From Laetmonice hystrix (lineage: Eukaryota): a DNA stretch of 64,000 nt. The DNA lies in assembly GCA_965235115.1 (NCBI GenBank), contig OZ249447.1:5952001-6016000 (forward strand), written 5' to 3'. Below, one piece after another: positions 1 to 12,105 of this stretch (its first letter is position 1; each line of letters opens with the position of its first letter). Both the position numbers and the translations under genes were made by a program. The notes below the pieces were generated by a model, which made no database searches, was not told the origin of the DNA, and saw only the letters and a program-made list of their open reading frames with translations.

Positions 1-1330
1 TATCGACATTATGACAGCATGTCCTACAGCCGTGATAGGCGGGTAGAATGAATATGCTGTACGTTACAAATATCCCAGCAGTAACCCGTGTAAGACAGTT
101 GTACTACGGTACAGGATGTTTACAATAATATGATTGATTCGATTTCAATGGTATTTGGTGAAAATCGGCTGAACAGTAGTTGTTATATACACTTGGGAAG
201 TGCTGTTATTAGCAGTACTTGTGGATATTTGGGAGAGGTAAAAGAGGACTTTTTTAAACACCCTGTAGCCGTGCAGGCGGCCCACTGCTGGAGATTTCCT
301 GGGGTCTGTGTGCGCGGCGAACCGCTGCAGTCCACCCGGTATACGCACTCTAATAAATTCTTGTGCTATTAATACCAGGTGCTGGTTTCTGTTGTCCAGG
401 TTTGTTTGTCACACCTCACGCCGGTGACTCTGTAGGTCAGTCAATCAGTTACAGTCAACAGTTTTACCTGTAGACAGTATGACACCGCCAGACATGCTTC
501 GGTTTAGCACCTTGACTTTATTTGGACAGACAGGACGGTGGAAATGGTGTCTTGATTAATATGAAATACTGTTCTACCTGGAAAACCTTCTGATGTTTAA
601 GTCGGTGCTCACTTATATTGCTTGTTGATAAAGAACCTACTAAAATACAACCATGTAGGCAATTGGATTTGGAGGGGAAACCCCAATTTGTATATAATTG
701 ACTGAAATTACGTGGATCGTGATGCTGGGTGACAACTGTCGTATGCAGAACGTCGGAGTCACGTGCCTCATTGTCCATGTTACCCTGATTTTATCATTTT
801 TATTAATATCTTGTAATAAAATCGACTTGCAGGAAGAAACTATGGATGGTCCCCCCTTTTGTAGTCCTCCAGACGGGATCTACACCTCCAAGGCTTTGTT
901 TGTCGGCCGTAAAATGTTTTTATCTTACTAAAACAATGTGGTTGTGTTGGACACCACTCTGGAGGTCCGGCTTGACCTCCCCACTATATAAAGCCATGAA
1001 ACCACTGGTCACATGTACACTGAACGGTCACGTCTGAAAGTATCGCATAGATAGACTCGGGTCTGTCTCCCAAGAACTGGCTGATGGGTCGTAAGGAGCT
1101 TGCATGGGTCCACGTTCGGTCGTAGTCTGGCAACACGTGCTGATGGTTCAAACCCTGAAAGTATGATGAGTCGCAAAGTGTCCACTTGGAGCCGGGAGGG
1201 TGCAAGGCTGAGAAAAGTGCGATACGACTCTTCTAAAGGGATGTAGCAATACAACCCGTTCCCCGTCAGTGGGTCGATCTGTGGCACAGTTCCGTACCTA
1301 GTAGAACGTACCTAGTTGACTAAGACTAAG

Positions 1331-1438
1331 TTCCCTTTTTCTTTTTTTTTCTTCTCACTCTCTGTCTTTCTCTCTCTCCCTCTCTGTCTCTCTCTGTCGT
1401 TCTCTCCCTGTCTCTCTCTCTCTTTCTCTTTTTTCTTT
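1331..1438. repeat. Pyrimidine-rich low-complexity tract, (T)n/(CT)n/(CTGT)n
   Basis: Directly visible; source of the RE/RD-rich C-terminal part of minus ORF 1326..1658. Confidence 0.9.
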
Positions 1439-2044
1439 GATTAAAAAAATGAATTAAAAACATCATTGCAGTAATGTTTGTTTCGTCAAGTATACCCAAA
1501 AGCAATCGGCCATCTCGTTCCATCGAGCAGCGCAAAAAAAACCGACCAGGGTAAATATTAATTTTTAAAAATAGATAAAAGTAAATACATAGATATCTAA
1601 TTAATTTTATAGAAATGCTGCGAGATTTTTTTCTGTCAAAGGACAAGAAACGAAACATTTTTAGTCTCTTTTCTCATTGTCATCACAGTTAGATGGAGTT
1701 TTTTTTATATTTTACTGCTCGATATCATTCAAGCAGTTCTTCACTTGCGGGGGAGCGACGGGGGAATAGTGTATTATTATCCTCAATTTTATCTGTTATT
1801 TCTCCAAGATAAGGATACCTATGTTGATTGACCTTATATCTGGACGTCAATGTCCTCTTGTCTGTTTCTGTAACTAATATCTTGATGTCAATGTCCTCCT
1901 GTCTGTTTGTGTAACTAATATCTACCAAGTTTTTTATCACTTTCATTTCTGTGTATTTAAATGAAGCGCCTTTTCTTTCTTTCAATAAGCCCGCCATTAC
2001 ATGGCTTAATTGTTAACTTTTACTTATATTTGTTAACTTTTGAT

Positions 2045-2437
2045 TGTCGTACTTCCCTTGTTCTCTTTCGTTGGGTGCTAGCTCTAACTCATGACAGAGT
2101 CACTGCTTTGCGATGTCGATAAATGTCCTTTATTACTATTGTCGTACCGTGGATCTCCGTACACGTAGCAGTCGTGTTGTTTTACAAAAGGCTCGTCGGT
2201 AACTCGTGGGTAACTGTGGTAACTGTGGTTAACTCGTGGGTAACTCGTGGGTAACTCGTGGGTAACTGTCCCTAACTGTCCCTAACTTCTGTTGTAGTGC
2301 TTAATATGGGTGGAACCCCTAGCTTGCTCCCTTGCTCCCAGTCTGTAATTGGCTAGACCGGTCCCGGCCGTGACTTCACGGTCGGCTGGTTTAGCCAATT
2401 AACAATGAGGGTGGGGCTTTGGTGTAACTGACTGACA
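2045..2437 (-). mobile_element. LTR-like / promoter-terminator module of an unknown element
   Basis: On the minus strand it begins TGTC and ends GACA. It contains two inverted CCAAT boxes in a hairpin (2346-2401), a TATA-like CATATTAAG, short AGTTACCCACG/AGTTAGGGAC repeats and AATAAA. No TSD, PBS or PPT found. Confidence 0.25.
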
Positions 2438-3961
2438 GGTAAAGATTTACAATGAACGTTGCATAGAGTTTAGTACAAAAATAGCAACTACACTTTAACA
2501 TAATATACTTGTACGCGTGTACACATAAAGTCGTTTACTTCTTCCCTTATCGGTGCTTTCCATTTAATGTGTTCAGTTCGAACATTATCTAGAATATATC
2601 ATATCGGAAACATCGCCCCGTCAGGCTTACAGAGCCAGAAATAGACAAAGTATCATGATTTTTGCAAAAATTATTAAGAATTGCTTATGTGCGTCTGGGC
2701 ATGAACCACGACATATTCGCACAAAGCTGCAAGTTAAATATACTGAAACACGTATACAGTTTGGTTCAGCCTCTTAGGTATACTGTAGAAAGCCCCAGCC
2801 CCCCCCCCTCCCCTCCCCAAACGGTATGACTATTTTCGGAACAGAGGTCTGACTAGCTGAGAGAAGTGTAAAATGAAGCGGTAAACAATCTCTTGGGCGG
2901 GTTGGCTATTAAGCAGCTACTATCCCAATGCTTTAATCTAGTTTCTAAACGCATGAAGTATGTGTAGTATAAGTATGTACAAGCATGTCCCTGGTAACAA
3001 GAAGGGAAATGTAAGTTAAGATCAGTCAAGATTCCTTCTGTCTATCCTTTACCTTTTCCTATACTACAAAGTTGCACATATATAGTCACTAAGTCTCGCA
3101 TCCATGCACGACAAGATGATATTAACTACAGGTGGGTGGGTGTGGTATCAGATATCATCTACATGAAGCCGCTCGCTGACCGAGTATTGCACACTTCGGG
3201 CCCAAACATGTCGGGCAGCGACAGCCAATATCCTAATCAGTGCCCGTCGTATCACAGCAATGAATATCAGACAACTGCACGTATTAGTGAGGAGTTATAT
3301 CAGACTATGAATATGGAAATAAGGTCGTGCTGTATGATAGCACAAGAGGTCTTGCATTACTGGAAGCATATTGAATCCTAAAAGGCATTGTTATCGCCAA
3401 TTTATCACTGTGTTCAAGACTAACCCCGATCATTTATAAAATATCGGGGGAGACAAGGGGGTTACTTGAAACCGAATGATAATACGTCTGATAATGGGGG
3501 AATGCATATGGATATTACAGACCATATAGTTCTATAAGAGCTGAGGAGACAGCTCACTGTTACCTTATGCTATCAGTGCTATTCGAAGGTGGTACTCGGG
3601 TGAACGTTCGCAATGCAGTCAATGACCTTTAATATCGGCCCATGAGGCATACAATCTATATCTAATTCTTGTGTAGAGAAAGGCGCAATAAGATAGTAAG
3701 TTTAAAGAAACATCAAAGTCATTTTTTTCAAACATGTTAGTTACTAGCTATTTCCATTTAACGCCAGATTTAGGGTTTTACGCCTTACCTTCGGGAAGGA
3801 ACTGACTAGACTGAAAAACCTTTCACACATGGAACCCGGACCGCAGTGGTGTGAGGCGATGGTCCTCTAGGTGTCATGAGTAAACACCTTGACCACTCGG
3901 CCACCCGAGCCCCCCACCACCCAACCATACTTAAGCGAAGTTCTACAATCATTTTTCTTGT

Positions 3962-3962
<1 letters not shown>

Positions 3963-4006
<44 letters not shown>

Positions 4007-4007
4007 G
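3963..4007. repeat. (TTG)15 microsatellite
   Basis: Directly visible. Confidence 0.97.
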
Positions 4008-4299
4008 GAGAGAGAGATACTTTTCTTTCAGGAAAAAAAGCCGCAATGATCTGCACAAATATCTATGCTTATCTATTTCTCATTCGGAATTTGTCAAAGT
4101 CTGCATTGTTTTGCAACTGTTATGATGCATTCACTTGTGATATCGTTGGCGTGCTTAACGAGGGAGGTTATGTGATGATTGCGGCAGGTAGGTCCATGAT
4201 CGACGCATACTAAAGATTATACCCCTTCAAACTCAGCTTGCGTGTAGCCATACAAAACATTGGAAAACTACTCGGCCTAATGGCCTAGCTTCAACAAAG

Positions 4300-4520
4300 T
4301 GAATATTGTGCAATTGAAAGGGGGTTTAAGTGGCCAATTATTGTGTATCTCTAATGAGCAACCAAGGCGAGTCACGCCTATGCCATTAGTAAAGGCTGTG
4401 GACAAGAGGCAAGTAAGGGTGCAGGTAGAAAAAGACGCCTATCTGGGATATTGCAAGCATGATGTCGGTACTTGTAGAAGGAATGTTAAACACGAAACTC
4501 GCACAATGGTAGTTTAAATG
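4300..4520 (+). mobile_element. Possible highly decayed RTE-type LINE 3' end
   Basis: A stop-interrupted frame FKWPIIV...KGCGQEASKGAGRKRRLSGILQ loosely resembles the RTE C-terminal LKWFGHV...G.V.G.R.RGRPRKRW motif. Confidence 0.2.
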
Positions 4521-4750
4521 GAATATGAGGAATTTGTGACCAGATAGATTTATTAACCCAATATTGCACTTCCAGCTCTCGTTATTACAATGCTATTTTG
4601 GCAGTAACGTTTGATATAAATGATTAAGTACATTCATATTTATAATAGTTATGAATAATTCATAATAATTATAATGTTTACATTAATTATGAATATAAAC
4701 ACTGAAATCGAAGTTTCTTAAAATGCAACCTAGGAAAATGGATGTATAGC

Positions 4751-4960
4751 CTTCTCTCTCGTCCTCGTTGGTGTCAAGGCCTTCCCTCTCGTCCTCGTTG
4801 GTGTCAAGGCCTTCCCTCTCGTCCTCGTTGGTGTCAAGGCCTTCCCTCTCGTCCTCGTTGGTGTCAAGGCCTTCCCTCTCGTCCTCGTTGGTGTCAAGGC
4901 CTTCCCTCTCGTCCTCGTTGGTGTCAAGGCCTTCCCTCTCGTCCTCGTTGGTGTCAAGGC
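4751..4960. repeat. Minisatellite, 30-bp unit x7 (CTTCCCTCTCGTCCTCGTTGGTGTCAAGGC)
   Basis: Near-identical direct repeats counted by position. Confidence 0.97.
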
Positions 4961-4987
4961 CCTCCCCTTTTTTCTTCTTTCAATCTC

Positions 4988-5264
4988 GCACCCTGCCCTC
5001 ATCCCACCATCCTCAGCCCCACCGCCCCCCTTTGGTCTCCGAGCACCCTGCCCTCATCCCACCATCCTCAGCCCCACTGCCACCCTTTGGTCTCCGAGCA
5101 CCCTGCCCTCATCCCACCATCCTCAGCCCCACCGCCACCCTTTGGTCTCCGAGCACCCTGCCCTCATCCCACCATCCTCAGCCCCACTGCCACCCTTTGG
5201 TCTCCGAGCACCCTGCCCTCATCCCACCATCCTCAGCCCCACCGCCACCCTTTGGTCTCCGAGC
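4988..5264. repeat. C-rich minisatellite, 55-bp unit x5
   Basis: GCACCCTGCCCTCATCCCACCATCCTCAGCCCCAC...TTTGGTCTCCGA, with units at 4988, 5043, 5098 and onward. Confidence 0.95.
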
Positions 5265-5632
5265 CAACGGAAGCCCCGTCAGCCCAGTTGGCCGATCTAA
5301 GCGGAGCGAGCACGTTAATCCTACAAAGTACGGTGAGGACGTGGTCGTAACCACTGACCTCAGAGACCTGTCAGCAGGTTGGCCCTCGGCTCGGTGCCGG
5401 ACAACATCAGGCCGGCCGGGTATATAATCTTCCTGGGGTCGCCGCCCTCAAACCGTCCCTGAGTCGGCACCGCATGCACTCGGACCGTCGTCATTATAGG
5501 TTTTCACACCGATAGCAGTGTGGCCGCACTCGGCAGGAGGGATGATATAAACTATGTTAGCTGTCGGATCGAGTAACGAGAACAAAGAGAGGTAACGGTA
5601 AAGGGGCGATTAACTTCTTTCTGGATCATCTA

Positions 5633-6564
5633 GAGTTATCTTAGGCCCTTGGGTACGGGTGGGAATCAGTACAATTAGAATCTAGAACATTGGTAGGACA
5701 GGAGACTTTTCACCTGGAATTATCTTAGGCCCTTGGGTACGGGTGGGAATCAGTTTATTTAGAATCTAGAACATTGGTAGGACAGGAGACTTTTCACCTT
5801 GAATTATCTTAGGCCCTTGGGTACGGGTGGGAATCAGTTTAATTAGAATCTAGAACATTGGTAAGACAGGAGACTTTTCACCTTGAATTATCTTAGGCCC
5901 TTGGGTACGGGTGGGAATCAGTACAATTAGAATCTAGAACATTGGTAGGACAGGAGACGTTTCACCTTGAATTATCTTAGGCCCTTGGGTACGGGTGGGA
6001 ATCAGTACAATTAGAATCTAGAACATTGGTAGGACAGGAGACGTTTCACCTTTAATTATCTTAGGCCCTCGGGTACGGGTGGGAATCAGTTCAATTAGAA
6101 TCTAGAACATTGGTAGGACAGGAGACTTTTCACCTTGAATTATCTTAGGCCCTTGGGTACGGGTGGGAATCAGTACAATTAGAATCTAGAACATTGGTAG
6201 GACAGGAGACGTTTCACCTTTAATTATCTTAGGCCCTTGGGTACGGGTGGGAATCAGTTTAATTAGAATCTAGAACATTGGTAGGACAGGAGACGTTTCA
6301 CCTTGAATTATCTTAGGCCCTTGAGTACGGGTGGGAATCAGTACAATTAGAATCTAGAACATTGGTAGGACAGGAGACGTTTCACCTTGAATTATCTTAG
6401 GCCCTTGAGTACGGGTGGGAATCAGTACAATTAGAATCTAGAACATTGGTAGGACAGGAGACTTTTCACCTTGAATTATCTTAAGCCCTTGGGTACGGGT
6501 GGGAATCAGTTTAATTAGAATCTAGAACATTGGTAGGACAGGAGACTTTTCACCTTGAATTATC
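5633..6564. repeat. Minisatellite, 84-bp unit x11
   Basis: GAATTATCTTAGGCCCTTGGGTACGGGTGGGAATCAG...GGAGACTTTTCACCTT recurring every 84 bp. Confidence 0.97.
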
Positions 6565-7099
6565 AAGGAGGATGTAAAGATATAAGATCACACGTCGGGG
6601 AGGACATTTATATCGATTGTCCTTTTCATTAATGAATGTGAAGCAGTTCTTTGGGCTGAGGGGATTCAACATCAAAAGATACTGAAAGCACAGTCTGTCG
6701 ACTTTGTGTTTGGCTGTAACATGATGCAAATCATTCTGGGTATGGCCTAGCACTAAAATAGGGTATTCTACATAGCCATATGTAAATGTTTGGCACCCCC
6801 CCCCCCCCCCCGGGTGTTATAGACGCAGGGAGGAACAAACGACACGTGCCCACAGTAGCTGTAGGTCGCCTGCTTCAACGGCCCATTTATATATACTTCT
6901 CACAGTGTAAGCCTCGGAGGGTCACGGCAACAGTGACAAGGTCTGAAACAGATGAGGCTAAAAGTGAATACAGGTAAAAGATTGGCCACAGGGGATCGTG
7001 TTACCCGTGGCTTTGATATTGGTGGGAACTAAATTTAACAACTGCTTCTCCGCCACGCGTCATATCGGGTTTGCCATTCGGATGTCAAGATCAGAGATA

Positions 7100-7270
7100 G
7101 ACATTGGGTTCTACGCTTCAGCAGGTATGGCGTAGGTCATATTTATATCATCGAAGTGGTATGTTTGACTTCTGGAGGAAACGGGAGACGGGAACCGGGA
7201 AAACCACGGACCACACTGCAAGTAGCAAGAGCGTCAAGGGTCCCGACCGTGGGTTGACCCAGGCCAAGTG
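7100..7270 (-). mobile_element. Decayed tRNA-derived SINE with conserved central (V/CORE/Meta-type) domain
   Basis: Minus-strand GTGGTTTTCCCGGTTCCCGTCTCCCGTTTCCTCC resembles the widespread SINE core GGTTTTCTCCGGGTACTCCGGTTTCCTCC. It is preceded by a degenerate B-box-like CCTGGGTCAACCCACGG. Confidence 0.45.
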
Positions 7271-7842
7271 TACCCCCCCCCCCCCGTCAAGAAATCCTGC
7301 GCACGGGCCTGTATTGTCCCGGATACAGGCAAGTCGTCATTCGCAGGTGTCCTTCAAGGTTACCGCTGTCCGAGCGACACCTAGGCCATGAATCGAGTGG
7401 ATGAGAGGAAAGGGCCTCTGTGCCAGTCGAACCGCAGGAAAACGGCTGGAGGAAGTGCCTCACAAAGGAGGACCTCACGTATTCTATCATCCTCCACCCG
7501 GGCCGTTTAAAATATAGACATCCGAGCTTAATGACTGTAATGGGGGTCGGCGGTTGGAGTGATTGAAGGTCCCTGTATTTTGAGGGCACAGTGAGAAAAG
7601 GCTCGTCTAGGGGCAGTGGACCAGAGACCTAAAACGGAGCTTGAACGGAAGATAAAAGCACTCGCCCTGCCCCTCTTTTTCTCTCTGTCTCCATGAACAT
7701 TGATCTGGACCACCGTGATTTAGTCGTACCCGGCAGGCCTCTCTCCTGTCGGCGCCGGTGGCTCTCGGTGGGACTTAAAGATCTATTCCATGGAAGTCAG
7801 TCCATCTAAGAGATGATGGGGACTAAACGGATCGCTGCCAGC

Positions 7843-8658
7843 AATGATCGCCCGTCCCTACGATAATGACCGCAGAGTCAACGACGGATGTCTTAATGTT
7901 ATATCTAACACGTCATGTCATTCCTGTGGCGGATCCTAAACACTGAAGATTCCATGATCAATTAAAGATAAGCCTCCACCAATGATCGTCCCTCCCTACA
8001 ATAATGACCGCAGAGTCAACGACGGATGTCTTAATGTTATATCTAACACGTCATGTCATTCCTGTGGAGGATCCTAAACACTGAAGATTCCATGATAAAT
8101 TAAAGATAAGCCTCCACCAATGATCGTCCCTCCCTACAATAATGACCGCAGAGTCAACGACGGATGTCTTAATGTTATATCTAACACGTCATGTCATTCC
8201 TGTGGTGGATCCTAAACACTGAAGATTCCATGATAAATTAAAGATAAGCCCCCACCAATGATCGCCCGTCCCTACAATAATGACCTCAGAGTCAACGACG
8301 GATGTCTTAATGTTATATCTAACACGTCATGTCATTCCTGTGGATGATCCCAAACACTGAAGATTCCATGATAAATTAAAGATAAGCCTCCAATGATCGT
8401 CCCTCCCTACAATAATGACCGCAGAGTCAACGACGGATGTCTTAATGTTATATCTAACACGTCATGTCATTCCTGTGGAGGATCCTAAACACTGAAGATT
8501 CCATGATAAATTAAAGATAAGCCTCCACCAATGATCGTCCCTCCCTACAATAATGACCTCAGAGTCAACGACGGATGTCTTAATGTTATATCTAACACGT
8601 CATGTCATTCCTGTGGATGATCCCAAACACTGAAGATTCCATGATAAATTAAAGATAA
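7843..8658. repeat. Tandem repeat, 138-bp unit x6
   Basis: AATGATCG recurs at 7843, 7981, 8119, 8257, 8392 and 8530; one unit is 135 bp. Confidence 0.97.
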
Positions 8659-9848
8659 TTATATAACGTAACATTGTCGTAAAACGCGGGTAGATCCAAA
8701 GTCTTCAGAAGGGGTTGCACCACCGAGAAGACACCCCATCCTATAGTGTACTCCTTTGTGTCCCAGGGAGTTGTGCATCCCCTAGATCCGCCACGCCCTC
8801 CTCAAAAAGGGGGAACACGCTGTACCCCCTCGACTCTACTATAAGTATAGGTCTCGCTCTGTACCAAGCTGACCGCTCAGATATATCTGCCGACCAGGGG
8901 TTTCCCCGGTTTGTGTTGGCAAGGTCGCAGAGTATTCCTGCAGGCTGTCGCATTAGACCACTAGTCTAGATTTGGATGCATGTCGTCATTAAGGAGCCAG
9001 ACGACCAGCGTCGGCGTCTCTTGCTCCGAGGGACGCAGGACAGCGCAGTGATTCTGTGCGCTCGGCCGCCTTCGGTCGGTGTACGTCGGCCGGTCCGAGT
9101 TCAACATTTCATCGTTTTCTTGGGATGATCGGAGAGGGCTTGCATGGAGACGGTGCTCTGCTAGGATGGGTGGACGCTGCTGGCGGGAGGACGGAGGTAT
9201 GGGGGAGGAGTGGGGAGGGGTGCCCGGCTGGCAGTGTTTGTTCACCAAATGACGTTCTCGACGCCATTCGCCCTCTTGCAATTTCAACACAAAGGCACCG
9301 TCGAGGGATAGTGTTTCCCAGAAGCCAATGCACCATTTCGAACGAAATCGAAGGCCCCGATGATGGCGTTTCTAGAAAGGTGACAAAAAGGTGGCTTCGA
9401 TCGCGCGTTCGACACGCAGTATGTAATTACCCCTACAACCCATTTAATTGGGAATTGAACCTTCCGGCTGTGGCTTTCATACTCCTGCCCCGACTCTTGA
9501 TTTGGCTGTCCGTACTATAGCGAGAGGGTCAGACCGGGCATGGCGGCGTGCTCTGCTCCCCTTCATCGGTATGGAGCCTTCCCTTTCAGGCTCCAGTCGG
9601 TGTAGGGTTACCATTGCCCACCAGCGGGTCGAGCACGGTTCCATCATTCAGCCCATGTTATACTGAAGGTCCAAAGGAGATTTAATGGCTTGGAAGAAAT
9701 ATATGTGACCGCGAAGCCAGTCACAACAAAATGCTTAAAATATAGCATTGGTGTTTTTCAAAATTATAATTATTTATTTACGACGTTAGCGTTGTTGGCC
9801 GGCGAGGGAGCTTTCGCATATTAATTTTGATCAAAGCGGAATCTAGAA

Positions 9849-10513
9849 CCGTGCCTATAGCACGGGCTGTTATTCGGTCACAGAATATAAAATCCGTGCC
9901 ACACTGGCTGTTATTCGGTCACAGAATATAAATTCCGTGCCACACTGGCTGTTATTCGGTCACAGAATATAAATTCCGTGCCACACTGGCTGTTATTCGG
10001 TCACAGAATATAAAATCCGTGCCACACTGGCTGTTATTCGGTCACAGAATATAAAATCCGTGCCACACTGGCTGTTATTCGGTCACAGAATATAAAATCC
10101 GTGCCACACTGGCTGTTATTCGGTCACAGAATATAAAATCCGTGCCACACTGGCTGTTATTCGGTCACAGAATATAAAATCCGTGCCACACTGGCTGTTA
10201 TTCGGTCACAGAACAAACACAACCGTGCCGAGCACTAGCTGTTATTCGGTCACAGAACAAACACAACCGTGCCGAGTACTAGCTGTTATTCGGTCACAGA
10301 ACAAACACAACCGTGCCGAGCACTGGCTGTTATTCGGTCACAGAACAAACACAACCGTGCCGAGCACTGGCTGTTATTCGGTCACAGAACAAACACAACC
10401 GTGCCGAGCACTGGCTGTTATTCGGTCACAGAATATAAATTCCGTGCCACACTGGCTGTTATTCGGCCACAGAACAAACACAACCGTGCCGAGCACTGGC
10501 TGTTATTCGGCCA
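9849..10513. repeat. Compound minisatellite: constant 23-bp core with two alternative linkers (41-bp and 44-bp units)
   Basis: Core CTGGCTGTTATTCGGTCACAGAA with linker TATAAAATCCGTGCCACA or CAAACACAACCGTGCCGAGCA; about 15-16 units. Confidence 0.95.
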
Positions 10514-12105
10514 GTTATTTGGACCGAAATGTATTTCGGTCATTAATAGGACCGAATTAGAACCGGTACGATTGCAGCGATGCACTATCAGACCAAACAT
10601 GACTATTTCCTGATTATTTCAATTGGACATCTGAAAACGGTACGTCATGAGTCGGGATAGAAGCCGTCAAAGTGCACGGGCCGACTCTGGGCTGGGAGCG
10701 GGAGCTGTGAGCGGTGGGGGGGGGGGGGGGGGGTCTCTGTTAATGTTGTACTTTATACCTGGGAATAAAAATGGTGCTCTTTCAAACAGGTTCTTCTGAG
10801 ACCTTTGTCGAATGGCATTTTACGTTCTGACGTAGTGCCAGGGTTTCGACAATCGCTACCAGAGCGCTCGCTTCCGATGCTATCCACTGATGGCAGTCGT
10901 TGAATGAGATTCGGGTCGTAATTTGCCATCGTAATTATGCCCCTCGTGTATTTTTTCTTTTTTGTTGTTGCTGCGCTCCAAATGGTTGCTTTACAACGTT
11001 TGCATGTTTGATAATAAAACTACCGGTAATGCGGTAATATCTGAGGAGGATAATCAGGGTCCATTCGGTACTGCCATCTCCCCATGAAAAGTGGTCTTAT
11101 AAGTAGTATAGTAAATTGATAGTTTGGGGCAGGCGCCACTCAGGAACTGCTCCAACTAGGATACAAATGATTTTAGTCATAATATATGCATTAGAAACTG
11201 AAAATATATTCAGAGCGCAGACATGTTTATATTTAGAACGTTGATTCAATGTTTTTAAACAACTGACTAAACCGCCCATGCATAAAATATGTTTGACACA
11301 GACTTTTGACGCGAAGAACTGCAATACTTGGTTTCAAAATGCGCTTTACCCGAAAATAATTACATGATATAGAGTAGATAAAAATAAATCATAAAAATCA
11401 ATCTGGTAATATCTAAAGCATTATGGGTAGAAAAACAAACGTCGAAAGAATACTTAAACTATCATAAATATAACTGATGTTTCTTTTTTTAAACGGTGCT
11501 GGGGCCCGTTTCATAACTCGTTAAGAAAATGCGTTAATTAGTACGCGCTCGTTTATATACTAGCGCCAAGTTTAACGCATTTTGCGTAACGCCGTTTCAT
11601 AACTCGTAAAATGATCGCGCGTAAAAAGATGTACGTTGGGTTCGTTAATATACGCATTCGTGATTTAACGCTGAAAAGGCCGCTTGTGTTTGCGAAAAAT
11701 ATTAAATTTAGAGATCATACCAGGGCTGCGCCACCAATCACCACCTTGCGGTTCGATTGCGTACTACAAGATTTATCAGAAGATTATCAGCTTAAGTAGG
11801 CCACAATCATCCTCAAAATGTTCTAGTGTGAAGAGGGTGAGTATAATATACTCACCCTTACATATTATGTAATGCTTAGTAGTGCAATCTCGTTTATTTC
11901 GTCAGAGGACGCGGATGTGAAAGGAGAGGAGCGTTCTTTCCAGAAAAATATATTGTCATCAGGTTTTAGTCATGCGCCCCCAATAGTCATCTCGGAATCT
12001 GTGTTATCATAATATTTTGATTACTGTTATTTTGTAGCGCCAACGCTTACGGGCCAAGTTTTGGTGGAAGAGGATTCACAAACACAGGGGCTCACCTCCG
12101 TTGTG

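Noticed and set aside
3136-3381. IIYMKPLAD resembling LINE RT motif (LF.IY.KPL.D)
   Set aside because: No YADD or other RT motif follows, so a single short match is insufficient.
3867-4125. Poly-Gln and poly-Cys ORFs
   Set aside because: Both are translations of the (TTG)15 microsatellite.
4730-5427. Three ORFs of 90-219 aa
   Set aside because: Products of the 30-bp and 55-bp arrays; the 55-bp unit cycles through frames, and no domain is recognised.
8741-9336. GC-rich ORF cluster as a gene
   Set aside because: No recognisable motif; the end of the 8741..8953 ORF runs into a small MITE-like sequence (GTGGCGGATCTAGGG), and the frames do not join coherently.
9849-10513. CRISPR-like repeat-spacer pattern
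   Set aside because: Only two recurring linker types rather than unique spacers, no cas genes, and a eukaryotic context.
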